Origin: Macrostomum lignano
Taxonomy: Eukaryota
Assembly (NCBI GenBank): GCA_002269645.1
Contig: NIVC01004631.1
Coordinates: forward strand, 1-40,225
Length of the DNA stretch: 40,225 bases
Direction: 5' to 3'
In this document: positions 34,810 to 40,225 of the stretch, piece by piece
How positions within the stretch are numbered: position 1 is the stretch's first letter
Layout: every line of letters begins with the position of its first letter
Notes under the pieces: generated by a model
Database searches by the model: none
Seen by the model: only the letters and a program-made list of their open reading frames with translations
Told to the model about the DNA's origin: nothing
Translations under genes and position numbers: made by a program

Positions 34810-37245
34810 AACCTCGTCATCCACTGATTCTTAGAAATCTCATCATCCCCTGATTCTTAGAAACCTCATCATCCACTGATTCTTAGAAATCTCATCATCC
34901 CCTGATTCTTAGAAATCTCATCATCCCCTGATTCTTAGAAACCTCATCATCCACTGATTCTTAGAAATCTCATCATCCCCTGATTCTTAGAAACCTCATC
35001 ATCCACTGATTCTTAGAAATCTCATCATCCCTGATTCTTAGAAATCACATCATCCCCTGATTCTTAGAAACCTCATCATCCACTGATTCTTAGAAATCTC
35101 ATCATCCCCTAATTCTTAGAAATCTAATCATCCCCTGATTCTTAAAAATCGCATTATCCCCTGATTCCTAAAAATCGCATCATCCACTGATTCTTAGAAA
35201 TATCATCATCCACTGATTCTTAGAAATCTCATCATCCACTGATTCTAAGAAATCTCATCATCCCTTATTCTTAGAAATCTCATCATCCCCTGATTCTTAG
35301 AAATATCATCATCCACTGATTCTTAGAAATCTCATCATCCACTGATTCTAAGAAATCTCATCATCCCTTATTCTTAGAAATCTCATCATCCCCTGATTCT
35401 TAGAAATCTCATCATCCCCTGATTCTTAGAAATCTCATCATCCCCTGATTCTCAGAAATCTCATCATCCCCTGATTCTTAGAAATCTCATCATCCACTGA
35501 TTCTAAGAAATCGCATCATCTTCTAATTCTTAGAAATCTCATCATCCACTAATTCTTAGAAATCTTATCATCCCCCAATTCTTAGAAATCTCATCATCCC
35601 CCGATTCTTAGAAATCTCATCATCCCCTGATTCTTAGAAATCTCATCATCCCCTGATTCTTAGAAATCTCATCATCCCCTGATTCCTAAAAATCTCATCA
35701 TCCCCTGATTCTTAAAAATCGCATCATCCACTGATTCTTAGAAATCTCATCATCCACTGATTCTTAGAAATCTCATCATCCCCTGATTCTTAGAAATCTC
35801 ATCATTCCCTGATTCTTAGAAATCTCATCATCCCCTGATTCTTAGAAATGTCATCATCCACTGATTCCTAAAAATCTCATCATCCACTGCTTCTTAAAAA
35901 TCGCATCATCCACTGATTCTTAGAAATCCAATCATCCTCTGATTCTTAGAAATCTCATCATCCCCTGATTCTTAGAAATCTCATCACCCACAGATTCTTA
36001 GAAATCGCATCATCCACCGATTCTTAGAAATCGCATCATCCACTGATTCTAAGAAATCGCATCATCTTCTAATTCTTAGAAATCTCATCATCCACTGATT
36101 CTTAGAAATCTCATCATCCCCTGATTCTTAGAAACCTCATCATCCACTGATTCTTAGAAATCTCATCATCCCCTGATTCTTAGAAATCTCATCATCCCCT
36201 GATTCTTAGAAACCTCATCATCCACTGATTCTTAGAAATCTCATCATCCCCTGATTCTTAGAAACCTCATCATCCACTGATTCTTAGAAATCTCATCATC
36301 CCTGATTCTTAGAAATCACATCATCCCCTGATTCTTAGAAACCTCATCATCCACTGATTCTTAGAAATCTCATCATCCCCTAATTCTTAGAAATCTAATC
36401 ATCCCCTGATTCTTAAAAATCGCATTATCCCCTGATTCCTAAAAATCGCATCATCCACTGATTCTTAGAAATATCATCATCCACTGAGTCTTAGAAATCT
36501 CATCATCCACTGATTCTAAGAAATCTCATCATCCCTTATTCTTAGAAATCTCATCATCCCCTGATTCTTAGAAATCTCATCATCCCCTGATTCTTAGAAA
36601 TCTCATCATCCCCTGATTCTCAGAAATCTCATCATCCCCTGATTCTTAGAAATCTCATCATCCCCGATTCTTAGAAATCTCATCATCCCCTGATTCTTAG
36701 AAATCTCATCATCCCCTGATTCCGAAAAATCTCATCATCCCCTGATTCTTAAAAATCGCATCATCCACTGATTCTTAGAAATCTCATCATCCACTGATTC
36801 TTAGAAATCTCATCATCCCCTGATTCTTAGAAATCTCATCATTCCCTGATTCTTAGAAATCTCATCATCCCCTGATTCTTAGAAATGTCATCATCCACTG
36901 ATTCCTAAAAATCTCATCATCCACTGATTCTTAAAAATCGCATCATCCACTGATTCTTAGAAATCCAATCATCCTCTGATTCTTAGAAATCTCATCATCC
37001 CCTGATTCTTAGAAATCTCATCACCCACAGATTCTTAGAAATCGCATCATCCACCGATTCTTAGAAATCGCATCATCCACTGATTCTAAGAAATCGCATC
37101 ATCTTCTAATTCTTAGAAATCTCATCATCCACTGATTCTTAGAAATCTCATCATCCCCTGATTCTTAGAAATCTCATCATCCACTGATTCTTAGAAATCC
37201 CATCATCCTCTGATTCTTAGAAATATCATCATCCCCTGATTATTA
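34810..37245. repeat. 26-bp satellite GATTCTTAGAAATCTCATCATCCCCT, ~90 copies
   Basis: Direct periodicity of 26 bp. Confidence 0.97.
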
Positions 37246-38039
37246 GAAGTCTTACAATACCACCCACTGAGCCTTCCTCATGCCAAATCCTCAAAATTTA
37301 AAATTAAAAAATTTCAATCCCTTACCCTGGTTTATGGAAATCTCATCTAACACACAACGGAATGCTCTATCCCTAAATCTGTGGTCTCAAATACATAGGT
37401 TTATAGGTTATACACATAGGTTATAGGTTTGCATAACTAAAACTTATAAGTTTTCAGGACTTTAACAGTGTTAACCTATGGATGACTATTTATAATTCAT
37501 TGAAAACACTGCTGATCGATTAAGTCTCAACAGAACTACATGTATCCCAAGTGTGCCCTGCTTTATCCCATAGTTATAAGTTACAACCCTCCACACGTTA
37601 ATCCTCCTTGTAATTGCTCTTATCAGAGGGTCTCCAACCCGCGGAAGAAAATGATTGACAACACAGCTGGATCCATTTTGCCCGAGATCAGTAAGTGGCA
37701 TAAAAAGTCAATCTCTTAGACCCTGGCAAGCTCCTTTGCCACCCTAATCCAGTTCCGTGACGAGAATAACGGTAGTAATAAAATTAATCAAACAAGGGCA
37801 TAGAAACACACAATTACTGTTGCATTTGAAGCACGCAGTCTCAAGCAGAAAGAAGCCATAATAGCTCAAGTAATATAGTGTCTTCTATTCAGATTATATG
37901 ACCATTTTATATTCCAAGCAAGTTAACAAACAAATCGCTGCAAATTTGACAAAAAAAATTAACAAGTTGGGAGAAATCCTTTTAATTGGCGACAATACTT
38001 TGCGACACGTGTGCAGAGATGGGAGAGACTGGCACAGAT

Positions 38040-38490
38040 GAGAGGGTGAGAGGGTGATAGAGGGTGAGAGAGTGATATAGAGGGTGAGAGGATGATAGAG
38101 AGGGTGAGAGGGTGATAGAGAGGGTGAGAGGGTGATAGAGAGGGTGAGGGTGATATAGAGGGTGAGAGGGTGATAGAGAGGGTGAGAGGGTGATAGAGAG
38201 GGTGAGAGGGTGATAGAGAGGGTGAGAGGGTGATATAGAGGGTAAGAGGGTGATAGAGAGGGTGAGAGGGTGATAGAGAGGGTGAGAGGGTGATAGAGAG
38301 GGTGAGAGGGTGATAGAGAGGGTGAGAGGGTGATAGAGAGGGTGAGAGGGTGATAGAGAGGGTGAGAGGGTAATATAGAGGGTGAGAGGGTGATAGAGAG
38401 GGTGATAGAGAGGGTGAGAGGGTGATAGAGAGGGTGAGAGGGTGATAGAGAGGGTGAGAGGGTGATAGAGAGGGTGAGAGGGTGATGGTG
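38040..38490. repeat. 20-bp purine-rich minisatellite GAGAGGGTGAGAGGGTGATA
   Basis: Direct periodicity. Confidence 0.95.
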
Positions 38491-38678
38491 CCAAGGCAGC
38501 ACACAGAGCCAATACGAGAACCAGTGACAGGAGCAGCATTCGCAACTCACGCAAACAGAAAAATGGCAGCCAAAATAAAAAATGCTCATAGGAAATCTAA
38601 TCAGCTTTAGATTTGGGGGAGTCTCTCAAATCCTCTGAAGCACTTAATCCGATTTTTAGCAAACTTTTATAGTAATCA

Positions 38679-38920
38679 GCGGCTTCCCCAATAGAATGGG
38701 ATATTTATGAAATGACCGCTTCCCCAATAGAATGGGATATTTATGAAATGACCGCTTCCCAATAGAATGGGATATTTATGAGATGACCGCTTCCCCCAAT
38801 AGAATGGGATATTTATGAAATGACCGCTTCCCCAATAGAATGGGATATTTATGAAATGACCGCTTCTCCAATAGAATGGGATATTTATGAAATGCCCGCT
38901 TCCCCAATAGAATGGGACAT
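38679..38920. repeat. 36-bp minisatellite ATATTTATGAAATGACCGCTTCCCCAATAGAATGGG, ~6.5 copies, just downstream of DTWD2
   Basis: Direct periodicity; copies differ mainly in C-run length. Confidence 0.93.
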
Positions 38921-38927
38921 TAATTTG

Positions 38928-39514
38928 CTAAAAACAGAACAGCCCAGCCTCTGCCCCATCACAATCCGGCCCCAGTCTGATTGTCCTCCTCAGCCGCAGC
39001 TGCCAGCACCGCAGCCTCAGCTTCAAGCCGTTTCTTAGTCCGCTTGTCAGCGTGCGCACGGCGCCCCAGGCCAGCTGGTGTCGGCACAGGGCCTCGATGG
39101 GACCCAGCACGGCGGGAAGGCAGTCTGACCGGTGCTCCAACGCATCGACAGCCAAGGCGGCAGCCTCAGCGGTGCACAGACAGCCGACATCTGGCTGTGT
39201 TCGAATCACGTAAGCTGACGGGGTGTTGGGCGCGGCAACCCGGATATGGGGCAGCTTGTGCAGGAAGTCGTTGTGAAAGTGCAGCCCGCTGGCCTGCTGC
39301 CAGGTGCCGTCGAGGACCACCAGAGTGGTCACGCTGCGCGGGGCAGAGACTCCGCTAGCACCGAGTCGCTGCTGGGATACAGCACAGCGCAGCCGGGGGA
39401 ATCGAGCTCGCGACGTCGCTTGTGGCTGGCGAAATGACGGCCGCGCCAGATTTCAACTCGACCGGGCGCCGCGGCCAGCTGCAGCATGCGGGCCGTCTGC
39501 AGCTTGCGATGCTC
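38928..39514 (-). CDS. DTWD2: DTW domain-containing protein 2 (tRNA acp3U transferase), last exon; upstream exon(s) lie outside the window
   Basis: EHRKLQTARML...RGRHF...AVLYPS, LVVLDGTWQQA, YVIRTQP..CLCTAE..A, and PIEALCRHQL match DTWD2. Acceptor tggcAG at 39515. One C is missing near 39341, and probably another near 39054, which would move the stop to 38959-38961. Confidence 0.88.
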
Positions 39515-39614
39515 CTGCCAGGGGGGGGGGATTTGTCCTCATTTGTAGGTTTGTAGGAACAATAGAGCAAGGTACTGCTGCTTTGCTTTGCATTCCGGTC
39601 CAATGTTCACTCTA

Positions 39615-40225
39615 CTGATTCTTAGAAATCGTTTCTTTCCAGTGACTCTTAGAAACCCATGAACTGATTCTTAGAAATCTCATCAACCATATATTCTTAG
39701 AAATCTCGTTATACTGATTCTTAGGAATCTCATCATCCCTGATTCTTAGAAATCTCATCATCCCCTGATTCTTAGAAATCTCATCATCCCCTGATTCTTA
39801 GAAACCTCATCATTCACTGTTTCTTAGAAATCGTTTCTTTCCAGTGACTCTTAAAAACCCATTAACTGATTCTTAGAAATCACAGCATCCAGAGTTTTCA
39901 AGAAATCACATTGACTGACTCTTAGAAATCAAATCCTCTGATTCTTTAAAATCTCATTCACTGATTCCCAGAAATTTCAACCAAACATTCTCAGAAATCT
40001 CATTTACTGATTCTCAAAAAATCTCATCATCCAAAATCACATCCTCAGATTCTCAGAACTCTCATCCTCAAATTCTCAGAAATCTCATCTGCTGATTCTC
40101 AGAAATCTCATCCACTGATTCTTAGAAATCTTATCATCCACTGATTCTTAGAAACCTCATTCATTCACTGATTCTTAGAAACCTTATTCATTCACTGATT
40201 CTTAGAAACCTCATTAATTCACTGA
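39615..40225. repeat. Degenerate copies of the 26-bp satellite within the DTWD2 intron
   Basis: GATTCTTAGAAATCTCATCATCC units, the same family as 34.8-37.2 kb. Confidence 0.9.

Overview
This is spliced eukaryotic (metazoan) genomic DNA. The style suggests a flatworm such as Macrostomum, but that is an unverified impression. Roughly 40% of the window (about 16 kb, about 26 arrays, hand estimate) is mini/microsatellite, and most long ORFs in the supplied track are stop-free translations of these repeats. Four genes are recognisable. (1) A multi-exon TBC1D2-like Rab-GAP (PH + coiled coil + TBC) on the minus strand from 11977 downward, possibly with an extra C-terminal region running off the left edge. 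(2) A CD20/MS4A-like four-TM gene on the minus strand (25465-23882), possibly continuing into polyQ/coiled-coil exons at 22.0-19.1 kb. (3) A two-exon DEG/ENaC channel on the plus strand (27587-31509). (4) The last exon of DTWD2 on the minus strand (about 38.9-39.5 kb). There is also a Tc1 DD34E transposase remnant, tRNA-like SINE heads and a possible LINE remnant. TBC1D2 and DTWD2 carry about 10 apparent frameshifts, nearly all single-base changes in homopolymer runs, most likely long-read assembly error. I found no CRISPR array and no clearly new multi-gene system. The best leads are an ENaC thumb domain with a ~90-100 aa insertion and loss of one complete disulfide pair, a long-tailed MS4A-like protein, and intron-specific minisatellites that share short cores and abut splice sites. 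All splice coordinates were read by hand.
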